Positions 10,101 through 18,703 of a DNA stretch of 64,000 nucleotides are shown piece by piece. The DNA comes from Bacteroidales bacterium (GTDB lineage Bacteria > Bacteroidota > Bacteroidia > Bacteroidales > VadinHA17). Both the position numbers and the translations under genes were made by a program. The stretch's first letter is position 1; each line of letters opens with the position of its first letter. Under the pieces are notes generated by a model. The model searched no databases. It was not told the DNA's origin and saw nothing but the letters and a program-made list of their open reading frames with translations. Where the stretch lies: assembly GCA_049294275.1 (NCBI GenBank), contig JBAQCQ010000076.1, positions 3,066-67,065 of the forward strand. Direction: 5' to 3'.

Positions 10101-13014
10101 AATACCTGTACCTCGGGGCAGTCCTCTTTTCCGTGATCTCGCTCCTGACCTTCTCAAGATAAGCAGGCGTCAGGACACTGCTGCGCCAGTCCTGCATGGT
10201 GTTACCGGCCGCATAGTATGGAGGGATCCTTTTTGCAGGGTCGAATGACCTCATTCTCAGTAATCCTTTTTCAAAATCATATTCATAAAAAGGCTCGAAC
10301 CTGAAATCCGTGGTAAATCTTCCGGGAAGAACGAACCGTGCGTTGGACGGCATCACCGGTCCTGCCATACGTGTACCGTGAGAAGAAAATACCCTGTCAG
10401 GGAATGCCAGCTGCTGATTCACATCGCTCATCAGCAGAAGATTGCTGCCCTGCTGCAGGTATGCCACGTTGTTCTCAAACAATGTCCTGTAGGGCATCAC
10501 GTAATTGGCGATCATACGTTGCTCTAGAGCCGTCATTTTCCCGGGGACTTCTTTTCTTGTATAGCCGGAGGGCTTTTCATTATCCCTGATTGAAAGGACC
10601 GTCTTTTTGCCATTCAGAAACCTGATGCTGTCAGCTTCGTATACTGCCCTGGGAGTCCTGATGCTGATGAAATGATAGCCGGTGTCAACCCTGAAGGACC
10701 AGGGCTGGTTGGCTGAGGCAAAATCAATGTACACAGGTCTGTGGTCAATGTGTACCTGGTTTATCCTTACCGGAAGGCCGTCGCGGAAGATGAACGGGGC
10801 GAACTGCGTAATACTGTCACCCATGTCAGAGAGAAAGAATGCTGTCTCCTCCGGGTGATACCGGAATCTGAAGTATTCAAGGGTATCAAGTCCCGCCATG
10901 GAGTTCCACCAGTCATAATCAAGGGGATGGGTAAGCCAGGGGGCAGAGGCTGTGGCTGACCGGAATGAGTTGATATGTTCCTTGTTTTTACCGGGTTTTG
11001 CAAGATTTGGTAGCGCCGGCAGGTTATATCCGAACTTGCGGGTCAGAGAGAAAGCCGTTATATCGGTATTACGTACGGGTCTTCCGTCCGTATCCGTTAC
11101 AGTAAGGGTGATCGCAGTCTCTCTGCCCGGTATGATTTTTTCCGGTTGCTCCGCAACTATTTTCAGCCTGCTTTTATCCCTGGAGATCTCATAAATATTA
11201 TTGTTCATTACTCCTCCCCACAGGTAGCTGAGCGAGAGGTACCATTTCCTGTCAGAGGTTACTCTTTTCCTGAATTCAAGGGTCTCAGCGGTTCCACGGG
11301 CAACTTCGCGGTTAAGGTCATAGATGAAGTAACTGAACGCCAGTCCTGTATTGCTTGTGACGCTGATAAAGACGGAATCGGCTGTCCTGGAAGTCCGTGG
11401 TAAGATGCCGTGCGGAAGTTCTTGTGTTTCGACCGTGCGCCGGGCATTTCCGGAGACGACTGTATAGGCGGTGATGAACGGGTCAGTTTTCATCTGCCAG
11501 GGGAGGCTTATTTTCAGTGCAGGCTGTTTGTTCCCGAATGCATCAGAGGTAATGAGTTCAGCATCCCTCTCGGTTTCTGCTCCATTGACTATCAGGTTAA
11601 ACTTTATTGAGTCTCCTTTAGTGCTGAAGCCGATCTCCTCTTTCCTGTCGATGAAGGTCATGGTTTTGGTCTCAGTGACAGATTCATTGTCCGAAGTATT
11701 GGCGACGGCAACAATTTTGCAGGTCATGTTTGCTTCCGGGAAGAGAGTGTCAGGAATCATAACCACTGTCTCGCCTGACGGACGGAGGGTCTCGCGGATC
11801 ACTGCAATAGTATCTTTCACCGGAAGAAAGGGCCCCGGAATCTCATTGACTCTTTCGCGAAGGATATGGAGAGTTACCCTGACATCAGGAAGGATCATAT
11901 CATTTTCGTTAAGGGCTTTAAGTCCGATGATAAACGGGCGCCCCCTGTACTTCACACTGTCAGGTGTCCTCATTACTAGCTTCATACTCCTGAGGTCATA
12001 ATACTCATACCTGAATTCCCCGGAAACCAGATCCCTTGATCTTCCGGAAGGTGTGAGTGTAAGCCGGTAACGGGTATCAAGCCGTAATCCGAGGGTATCT
12101 GCCAGGACAAATGAGTGGGTATAGCCTCCCGGAGCGTAGGGTTTGAGTGTGGCGAGGGTAACCTGCCGGTAGGGGTTTGTCAGGTCAATCCTGAGGGCTG
12201 TCTCTCCCTGAAACGGCTTTTTGTTCTTTCCGGTGAGGATATAGGCTTTCATCATCACGGTATCACCAGGCATGTAGCTCGGTTTGCTGAAAAGCATGAA
12301 TCCGTCGGATGGCCCGGGTTCAAACAATCTTTTCATCCCCCACCAGACACTTCGTGCCGTGTTGAATCCGTAACCCCTGATGGCCGAGCGGGCTGCGTCA
12401 TAGGGGAGGAGAACAACGGTTTTAACAGGCACCCACACATACCTGACAGGGGTAGCATACGCAAGTTTCCGCGCGTTTCTGCGTAGCGTGGAATTGTTAA
12501 GGGTCCTGTCAAGCCTGTAGAGACTGGAAATGCCTTCATGGGTCACTGTAAGAATGCCCTTGATGTTGCTCTTTGCCAGACGGTATGCCCCTGTTGAAGG
12601 ATCATAAGGAACAGACCTGATACCTCTCTTGATCAGAGCGTTTTCAATGACAAGTCCGGTGGTGTCGCGAACCTGAATGACAAGATCAGTCTTGTTGTCA
12701 ACCACTGCCAGATGAACATTGGGGATGGAGCTAAACAACACCCTCACCTTGTCGTTGTCAACATATGCCGTGACATAATTGCCGGGTTGCAGTTTTCCGG
12801 GATAAGTTGTTCCGGTAGGAAATGAATCGACCACCTCCCTGAATAAACTCTCATCCTTACCGGTTGAGCCCTTGCAGATAAGGTTGAGAGCCTGCTTTTC
12901 CGTTATTGAGAAGATGTAAGTATACGGGCTGGTAGTACGGCTTTTAGCCAGGTCCTGCGATCCCAATGTGCCGGTGATCATCAGGGCCAGCAGGAAAATA
13001 AGCGGCCTGGTCAT
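7144..13014 (-). CDS. Alpha-2-macroglobulin/MG2-family giant protein with an internal CarboxypepD_reg plus TonB-dependent-receptor plug module
   Basis: The ORF is open to 13044, but a signal peptide starts at M11 (MTRPLIFLLALMITGTLGSQD, ATG 13014). The internal segment GFAVSGVVTC...DEVVVVGYGISRRENL...IIIDGVPW...VVKDPAMTALYGSRAAGGVIMLT (about 9125-9695) is a SusC-type N-terminal extension plus plug. A thioester-like YGCNEQ lies at 8413-8424. There is no beta-barrel region. Confidence 0.75.
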   Translation of the reverse strand: MTRPLIFLLALMITGTLGSQDLAKSRTTSPYTYIFSITEKQALNLICKGSTGKDESLFREVVDSFPTGTTYPGKLQPGNYVTAYVDNDKVRVLFSSIPNVHLAVVDNKTDLVIQVRDTTGLVIENALIKRGIRSVPYDPSTGAYRLAKSNIKGILTVTHEGISSLYRLDRTLNNSTLRRNARKLAYATPVRYVWVPVKTVVLLPYDAARSAIRGYGFNTARSVWWGMKRLFEPGPSDGFMLFSKPSYMPGDTVMMKAYILTGKNKKPFQGETALRIDLTNPYRQVTLATLKPYAPGGYTHSFVLADTLGLRLDTRYRLTLTPSGRSRDLVSGEFRYEYYDLRSMKLVMRTPDSVKYRGRPFIIGLKALNENDMILPDVRVTLHILRERVNEIPGPFLPVKDTIAVIRETLRPSGETVVMIPDTLFPEANMTCKIVAVANTSDNESVTETKTMTFIDRKEEIGFSTKGDSIKFNLIVNGAETERDAELITSDAFGNKQPALKISLPWQMKTDPFITAYTVVSGNARRTVETQELPHGILPRTSRTADSVFISVTSNTGLAFSYFIYDLNREVARGTAETLEFRKRVTSDRKWYLSLSYLWGGVMNNNIYEISRDKSRLKIVAEQPEKIIPGRETAITLTVTDTDGRPVRNTDITAFSLTRKFGYNLPALPNLAKPGKNKEHINSFRSATASAPWLTHPLDYDWWNSMAGLDTLEYFRFRYHPEETAFFLSDMGDSITQFAPFIFRDGLPVRINQVHIDHRPVYIDFASANQPWSFRVDTGYHFISIRTPRAVYEADSIRFLNGKKTVLSIRDNEKPSGYTRKEVPGKMTALEQRMIANYVMPYRTLFENNVAYLQQGSNLLLMSDVNQQLAFPDRVFSSHGTRMAGPVMPSNARFVLPGRFTTDFRFEPFYEYDFEKGLLRMRSFDPAKRIPPYYAAGNTMQDWRSSVLTPAYLEKVRSEITEKRTAPRYRYSRSEKTLPGNGSVQIINSSTEENANPVVNFLVSVAGRAVYDRQGHDKALTNIEPGFYRFISFFSGGRQSVIDSVEVRSNSATFIDMARAEMSDDPELYRKIIEMINAPGARPGTATSLERQLMQEFTRQDVNAYDGPGFAVSGVVTCLSDGEKLPGVTVYCRENGFGTITDIDGKYLIRLPFGNHKLTFNFIGMKPYEIDVSYENQLEVVLEEEVLHMDEVVVVGYGISRRENLSASVVTVNSLAGRAAGVEVSDGRSIMIRGVSSVDATPPLIIIDGVPWSGDMSLIDPELLKNITVVKDPAMTALYGSRAAGGVIMLTMKPGGVIAAAAESDPLVDEQFLEEAMTAGTLRRNFRDYGYWKPDLRTDDSGKATFTVKFPDDITSWETFAVAINGNRQAGSAKGTIRAFMPVTGLLSAPHYVVEGDSLNLIGRIMNHTGVPVSLTERFICNTDTLVDRKRDLAEAVVDTLPVMAGGSDSLRLEYSFTTETGLKDGEYRPLPVIRAGVEVDSGMVAFIEKDSSLTVDLSRWPGEVNLTAVAGLSDIRRTASHRLIRYVYGCNEQMASRLAGYLSAVETDRHLGKVSRSDEREIKSLIGKLLDNRNEDGLWGWWGRSRTEDWISQHVIRTLLRAGRLGYTVNIGISGITDFAVLALEKNPAPATGLSLLEILSDIGAKADYTHYLKIISDKDSLSLTDSIRIASLRLRHNIPADLSFLEKARRETVLGGVYFTTGSERWDIMKTDMQTTLLTYDLLCRDTLQKIARPDLVRRYFYEYLSMNSPLNTFQTASVLNALALYTEPERKNEDRAEMIISGALEAVVDSFPYRVTLSRETKPVIIRNSSYMPLFLSLGTKLFIACPEKDTTDFRVTTRWSVPGNEVKSGIPVTLTAEVGFYKSAEFVVIEIPVPSGFAYNDKKGYWPGEVHREFYRDHVAIFIRRASPGIRTFEISLMPRFTGRFAMNPARVSLMYFPVIYSNNEIKRITVY

Positions 13015-13190
13015 GCAGTGACAGTTTTTTATGTGATTAATCATAAAAGTAGCAAATTTTGGAAAGAAATGTTTCGCAGATGCCTGTTAAACATCATGCT
13101 GTACATATGATTGTGTTCCCGGTGCGGGCGTTAGGTTTAGGGTGCAAGTGCCAGGCAACTTGACCACATTCTGCCTGAATTTTTGACATT

Positions 13191-13855
13191 TTGCGCTGGC
13201 CTGAGTTGTCATTCGATGAGTCTCAGACTGAGGGCGGTTTCTTCACTTTCATTGAAAAAGCAGGTATGGTCAGCGGCATAATCAGGGCCATCCCGGAAAA
13301 TCTCCAGCAGGAGACACTGATTGACATAATTGTATCAGAAGACATAAAAACATCTGAAATCGAGGGAGAGATTTTATGCCGTGATGATGTCATGTCATCT
13401 GTCAGGAAAAACCCGGGGATTTCCCCGGCAGGGCTGGTGAAGGATAAATGTGTACAGGGAATAAGTTCCGTGATGGTCAGGACCGGGAGCACCTTCACAA
13501 GACCTCTTTCTGAGGAGATGCTTTTTGAATGGCATTCTTTGTTAATGTGTCACAGAAAGGACATAAATCCCGGGGAATGGCGCACAGGAACTGACCCTGT
13601 GCAGGTTGTATCAGGGGCCGAAGATCATATCACAGTTCACTTTGAAGCGCCGCCTTCTCAGATTGTGCCATCTGAAATGGGAAGATTTATCACATGGTTT
13701 AACGAGTCGGCACCCGGAGCTGAAGGAGAGATAGAAAAAGCACCTGTCCGTGCTGCAATCGCTCATCTCCGGTTCGGATCAATTCATCCTTTTGAAGACG
13801 GGAACGGAAGAATCAGTCGTGCAATTTCAGAAAAAGCACTCTCCCGGGCACAGGT
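13191..13855 (+). pseudogene. Fic/DOC-family protein remnant (DUF4172-type N-terminus), truncated
   Basis: The Fic motif HPFEDGNGRISR lies at 13785-13820. The N-terminus begins inside the conserved W..WP.F.YD block, with only a TTG start and an upstream stop at 13176. About 10 aa after the Fic motif the sequence becomes non-protein-like (VELWEDRRFKIVFTGIAVSS...). Confidence 0.6.
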
Positions 13856-14211
13856 AGAACTGTGGGAAGACAGGCGTTTCAAAATAGTTTTCACCGGAAT
13901 TGCCGTAAGCTCTTTTTCTGGATCCCCGGTGGTATATGCCAGGCTCCTGAAATGCAGACCGCCGCCTATACCTGCCCGGCGGGTATCGTATTTAATAAAT
14001 GGAATAAGGCCAAAAAGCGTTTTTTCAGTCTTCATACTTTTAACCTCCCTTGTCTGGCTGTAATTGCCAAAATAACCGGTACCGCCCCAGGTGATTACCT
14101 TTTATCCCAATTGATATTAGCCGCGGGTATTGGCTATTCAACGTCAAGGCCGGCCAGGGTGAGGTGGATTACATTGGTTAAGGAGTCCCAAACAGACGTG
14201 ATGTCAGTCGC

Positions 14212-16233
14212 TCACATCAGGGCCATTCCCGGGTAAACAAGCATGTACCCTTTCTCTGAGTTCTCCCTTATTATCCTTTTCAGGAAAGCATCATAGTTTT
14301 GCCTGTATAAAACACTTCCCTTCTGAGGTGAAACAACAATCAGGAGATCATTATTCCCTATTGCCAGCCGGGCTTCGGGTAATTCCTTTTCGTCGTTGAA
14401 AGTAAAAGGTTTATACAAAACCAGGCTCCTGACTTTCTTAAGATGTTTTTCTATGTGGAATGATGTCCGGTAAAACGACCAGGATTCGACCGACATTGAG
14501 TTTCCTTCAGCCAGGCCGATGATCTTATCAAGTATATGTATGAAATTGGATTCCTTCTCGGCCTGGGGAGGCATGAGGAGATGTACTTTCCTGTACAGAT
14601 TCAGGGGATGGACCGGATTGAAAACATATATATTCTGCAGGGAGCCTGTAATCAGCTGCTCAAGAGACCTGCCGAAAAGCAGGTCGGCCAGGTTAGGCTT
14701 ACCCGGCAGTCCGACTATAATGTCCGTTGCGCTCTTTTCCCTTGCCACTCTTTTGATCCCTGACGAAACATTATTATCGATTGTGACCAGGGGCTCTATT
14801 TTTCTTTCAGCAGCCAGAGCTCTGCCGGCTGCGAGATCGAGTGTTGACCGTGCCAGTGCAAGTTTCTCGTTGGCTTTCTCATCATCATCCACTACAAAAA
14901 GACCGTAAAGTATGTTGCTGTGGTTCTTCTTTTTAAGCGCAAAGGCCAGATCGAGTAACCTCTCCATGTTCCGGGGGTTCGAAAGAGATACGATTATAGT
15001 TTCATGCAACCGGTCGTGCGGCGGCCCTGTGCTGTCGTTGACACTGAGGGCAATTCTTCTGCCGGCAGATTCCGTTACAACAGATGAGACGAGACATGTG
15101 ACAAGTATGAGAATGATAGTACCGTTAATCACATTTTCATCGACTATGCCAATCCGGTATCCGACCATGATTACGGCGAGTATTGCAGCAGCATGTGAGC
15201 TGGTAAGGCCGAAAAGAAGCTTTCGCTGATCAGCCGTAAATCCGAGTATGCGGGAGGCAATTTCAGAGGCTGCAAATTTTCCGGCAAGGGCCACAATTGT
15301 CAGAACGGCAGCAATAATAATCGCATTAGGGCCTGCGAATATTATGCGAAGATCAACTATCGTGCCCACACTGATGAGGAAAAAAGGTATGAACAGGGCG
15401 TTCCCCGAAAAGTCTATCCTGTTTCTGAGGATTGATTCTGACGGAATGAGACGGTTCAGCGCAAATCCTGCAGCAAAAGCACCGATTATTGGTTCTAGCC
15501 CGGCCACCCTTGCAAGCACTGCACTGATGAATACTATAAGGATTACATATACAAACTGGGAATAGTTGTCATCCTCAAGCCGGCGAAATGCCCATCGCGA
15601 AACGGGAGGGATGACAAAGACCATAAGGAGAAGGAACAGGACGAAAGAGAGGAACAGTTTACCATAAAGGTCAAGTCCGTTCCCTCCGTTGACACTTCCC
15701 GTGATTGCTGCCAGGACCAGAAGTACCAGGGTATCGGTGATGACCGTGCCGCCGGTGGCCACCGCAACAGCCTCATTCCGAGTCAGCCTCAGTCTCGTCA
15801 CAACCGGGTATGAAACCATCGTGTGCGTTGCAAACATATTGGAGATCATCAGGCTGGTTATCAGGTTATAATCAAGGAGATAATGACAAACCGGAAGTCC
15901 GGTTCCAAAAGGTATCGTGTATGTGAGGAATCCGAAAAGGAGACTTTTATACCTGGTCCGGCGGAACTGTTGCTGATCAAGATCAAGACCCGTTATAAAC
16001 ATCAGGAAGAGCATGCCTATTGTGGCAAACAGGTCTATTGCATGGCTCTTTTCAATGATATTAAATCCGTTGGGACCTATAATGATACCAGATACTATCA
16101 GTCCGAGTATCCCGGGGATCTTGAATTTTCTGAAAACGACAGGTGATACAAGTATCACGAGGAGGATAATTGCAAATTCCAGGACTGGGTCATTTACAGG
16201 CAATCCCGTAATGTTTCCGATATGTTCACCCAT
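14212..16233 (-). CDS. Cation:proton antiporter (CPA2/Kef-type) with a C-terminal USP-like domain
   Basis: 673-aa ORF. The N-terminal ~400 aa are polytopic (FRKFKIPGILGLIVSGIIIGPNGFNII, GLDLDQQQF). The soluble tail shows a universal-stress-protein-like pattern. Confidence 0.75.
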   Translation of the reverse strand: MGEHIGNITGLPVNDPVLEFAIILLVILVSPVVFRKFKIPGILGLIVSGIIIGPNGFNIIEKSHAIDLFATIGMLFLMFITGLDLDQQQFRRTRYKSLLFGFLTYTIPFGTGLPVCHYLLDYNLITSLMISNMFATHTMVSYPVVTRLRLTRNEAVAVATGGTVITDTLVLLVLAAITGSVNGGNGLDLYGKLFLSFVLFLLLMVFVIPPVSRWAFRRLEDDNYSQFVYVILIVFISAVLARVAGLEPIIGAFAAGFALNRLIPSESILRNRIDFSGNALFIPFFLISVGTIVDLRIIFAGPNAIIIAAVLTIVALAGKFAASEIASRILGFTADQRKLLFGLTSSHAAAILAVIMVGYRIGIVDENVINGTIILILVTCLVSSVVTESAGRRIALSVNDSTGPPHDRLHETIIVSLSNPRNMERLLDLAFALKKKNHSNILYGLFVVDDDEKANEKLALARSTLDLAAGRALAAERKIEPLVTIDNNVSSGIKRVAREKSATDIIVGLPGKPNLADLLFGRSLEQLITGSLQNIYVFNPVHPLNLYRKVHLLMPPQAEKESNFIHILDKIIGLAEGNSMSVESWSFYRTSFHIEKHLKKVRSLVLYKPFTFNDEKELPEARLAIGNNDLLIVVSPQKGSVLYRQNYDAFLKRIIRENSEKGYMLVYPGMALM

Positions 16234-16326
16234 GAGGTACGATGATCAGGTCCTGTCTTTCATGACCGGTCACGCAATTTAGTAAAAAGAGCAAGCCGGC
16301 ACAATGACCGGAGACACGGAATGAAG

Positions 16327-16815
16327 TCAGGGGTTTGTCTGCATTGGCGTTTTCTTTTTGTTTTTGACCATGTAAATTATTTTGGCCAGCCTGTTATTTC
16401 TAGTCTCCTCACGCTTTGCCTCAACTATCCACCTGATATATTCCTTGCGGTGCGTGTATGACAGTCTGTTGAACAGATCAAGCGCTTCAGGTTCTTTTTG
16501 CAGGAGACTCTTCAGGTCATCAGGTATCTGGACTGTTCTCTCTTCGCTATCTTACTCAATTACAACATGAACAGTGTCACCCGGGTTTTTCCCGGTGGCC
16601 TTTCTCACCTCCTTTGTTATTCCGAGCCAGTGGCAGTTGCCACCCATTTTCACCAGTGAACCGGCATATGGAAACCCGTCAATTAGTGCCTTTACCTTGA
16701 CCCTGCTTTTGCCGCCGAATCCATTCCTGACATCATAGGGGAAGTCAATGAATCCGGCATTAAGGCTTTCATGCTTCTTCATGAGAGCATCAAATTCAAA
16801 TTTCTTCTTCACCAT
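16327..16815 (-). pseudogene. DUF1905 plus YdeI/OmpD-associated-type protein interrupted by an in-frame TAA
   Basis: The DUF1905-like part (16555-16815) ends ...GDTVHVVIE at the TAA (16552-16554). The same frame continues DSEERTVQIPDDLKSLLQKEPEALDLFNRLSYTHRKEYIRWIVEAKREETRNNRLAKIIYMV to a TGA at 16327-16329, which is the usual C-terminal domain of the fused family. Confidence 0.55.
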
Positions 16816-16879
16816 ATAAGATTTTTTAAATTAGTACTTTCGTCAGTCCGGGCAACTTTAAGATTATAAAATTACAGAT

Positions 16880-17173
16880 ATGATACGACACACAGTGGTT
16901 TTTAAACTGAAACATCCCAAAGATTCGCCGAAAGAAAAGATTTTTCTGGATTCTATTGCCAAATTATCAGCTGTACCCGGAGTTGAAAAATTTGAACTCT
17001 TAAGGCAGACCGGCAGAAAGAACAACTTTGATTATGGGGTATCAATGGAGTTCGCAACACCACAGGCATATGAAGCTTACAATCAGCATCCTGATCATGT
17101 TGCATTCGTCAGGACTAAATGGGTACCTGAAGTCAGTGACTTTCTTGAGACGGACTATGAGCCGCTGGTTTGA
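16880..17173 (+). CDS. Dabb (stress-responsive alpha/beta-barrel) family protein
   Basis: 97-aa ORF. MIRHTVVFKLK...HPDHVAFV pattern typical of Dabb domains. Confidence 0.7.
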   Translation: MIRHTVVFKLKHPKDSPKEKIFLDSIAKLSAVPGVEKFELLRQTGRKNNFDYGVSMEFATPQAYEAYNQHPDHVAFVRTKWVPEVSDFLETDYEPLV

Positions 17174-17182
17174 AATTAACGG

Positions 17183-17571
17183 TTAGCTGGCTACAAATGA
17201 AGATTTCATGGAAGGATGGGAGTCGCAATAGTAAGAATAGCTTTCCGCAGCAGTGAACGTATGGCTGAAAGTACCGTTGGTGTCTATGGTTCCGCTGTTG
17301 AAAACACCGCCATTGCTCGTCACCGTATGAGGTGCACTGTCTTTGTTCGTCCAGGTAACTGTAGTGTTTGCCGCAACAGTAATTGTTGAAGGTGTAAATG
17401 CATTACCCTGGATGTATGCCTCATTTTCCCTCGGACCGGCTGATCATCCGGGACCACCACCTGTATGATTCATGACCGGTTCTTTTTGACAACTGCCAGG
17501 GAGACTGAATACCACTGTCAACAAAACGAGGCTGCTTGCCACCCTGACCTATGATACTGTTGACTTTTCAT
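17183..17571 (-). pseudogene. Type-1 copper (cupredoxin/plastocyanin-like) lipoprotein, disrupted
   Basis: My own minus-strand translation reads GNAFTPSTITVAANTTVTWTNKDSAPHTVTSNGGVFNSGTIDTNGTFSHTFTAAESYSYYCDSHPSMKSSFVAS*, with H...C-x2-H-x2-M ligands. Upstream in frame: ...ASSLVLLTVVFSLPGSCQKEPVMNHTGGGPG-TGA(17444-17446)-SAGPRENEAYIQ. The ATG at 17569-17571 is in another frame, and a TAG sits at 17549-17551. Confidence 0.65.
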
Positions 17572-17706
17572 ATCCCGCGCATTTTGATAAGGCAAACACC
17601 CGGAGATCCTTTTTGTTCAGTTTATATGATATTGGACACTTAAGTTTTATTTGAGCAAGGATTTAATATATTTACAGAGAAAATATCATTCTAGAACTCA
17701 ACAGGT

Positions 17707-18690
17707 ATGAAACTTAGCAGGATTTATTTTCTTCCGCTTCACTTCATTCTGGCGGTTGCCTGTTTAAACTTTATATCATGCAGGCACGAGTTAATCCTAC
17801 CTGAAAATATTCCCGAAATCTGTTTTGAGCATGAGGTGCTGCCCATTTTCAGGAACAGTTGCGGTATTACCGGCTGTCATGACGGAAGCGGTGAGGATGA
17901 TTATATTCTCACTGATTACCTTGGGATAAGTCATTCCGTGATAAGCGGGAAGCCATATGAAAGTCCGGTTTACAAAGCCATCATTGCCAGAACCGGGGAA
18001 GACCGGATGCCGCCTGACAAGCCTCTTTCCCGGGAGAGCCGGATGATCATCAGGTTGTGGATTGAACAGGGAGCCAGGCTCACATCCTGCCCTGACACAA
18101 CATCCCGGCCTTCGGATTTTGTCAACCCTCGTGCCTGCTTTTCGCGCGACATACTGCCTGTGCTGGTCTCCAGCTGTGCTATGACCGGATGTCATGACGC
18201 AGCAACGCATGAGGAGGGTTATATTTTTGCAGGATATTCAACTACCATGCAGGCTGTAAGACCTGGGAATCCGTCAGAAAGCAAGCTATATGAGGTGATA
18301 ACTGAGCCAGACGGTGAGGACAGGATGCCGCCTTCCCCACTCCCCAGGCTTAGCTCTGCCCAGATTGATTCGATTGCAGCATGGATAGGGTACGGCGCCC
18401 TGGATGAATTCTGCGGCGAAGCCTGCGATACTATTAATCCGGTGACATATTCGGCTACCATAAGGCCGGCTGTTAATACATATTGTACAGGATGTCACAG
18501 CGGTACGGCTCCCGGCGGAGGAGTAAGACTTGAGACCTATGCAAATGTTTCTTCTGTTGCTGCCAGCGGAGTACTCATGAATGCACTCAGGGGGAACGGT
18601 GTGCCGAAAATGCCTCCAGCCGGATCTCTCTCCACATGCAGGATACGTCAGTTTGAACTCTGGATAAATAACGGATACCCGAATAATTAG
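17707..18690 (+). CDS. Exported lipoprotein with three PSCyt1-like cytochrome c modules
   Basis: Signal/lipobox ...AVACLNFISC. Each of three ~90-aa modules carries a heme-type motif (CGITGCH 17860-17880, CAMTGCH 18175-18195, CTGCH 18484-18498), then a distal ...(D)RMPP/KMPP Met and W(I)..G. Confidence 0.65.
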   Translation: MKLSRIYFLPLHFILAVACLNFISCRHELILPENIPEICFEHEVLPIFRNSCGITGCHDGSGEDDYILTDYLGISHSVISGKPYESPVYKAIIARTGEDRMPPDKPLSRESRMIIRLWIEQGARLTSCPDTTSRPSDFVNPRACFSRDILPVLVSSCAMTGCHDAATHEEGYIFAGYSTTMQAVRPGNPSESKLYEVITEPDGEDRMPPSPLPRLSSAQIDSIAAWIGYGALDEFCGEACDTINPVTYSATIRPAVNTYCTGCHSGTAPGGGVRLETYANVSSVAASGVLMNALRGNGVPKMPPAGSLSTCRIRQFELWINNGYPNN

Positions 18691-18703
18691 TAATTCCAGT
18701 CAT

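Noticed and set aside
13784-14236. Track ORFs 13784-14035 (minus strand, 83 aa) and 13862-14236 (plus strand, 124 aa) as real genes.
   Set aside because: The minus-strand ORF is partly antisense to the Fic motif region and has no coherent domain. The plus-strand ORF is Cys/Arg/Phe-rich nonsense. They are treated as debris of decayed genes (see the Fic finding).
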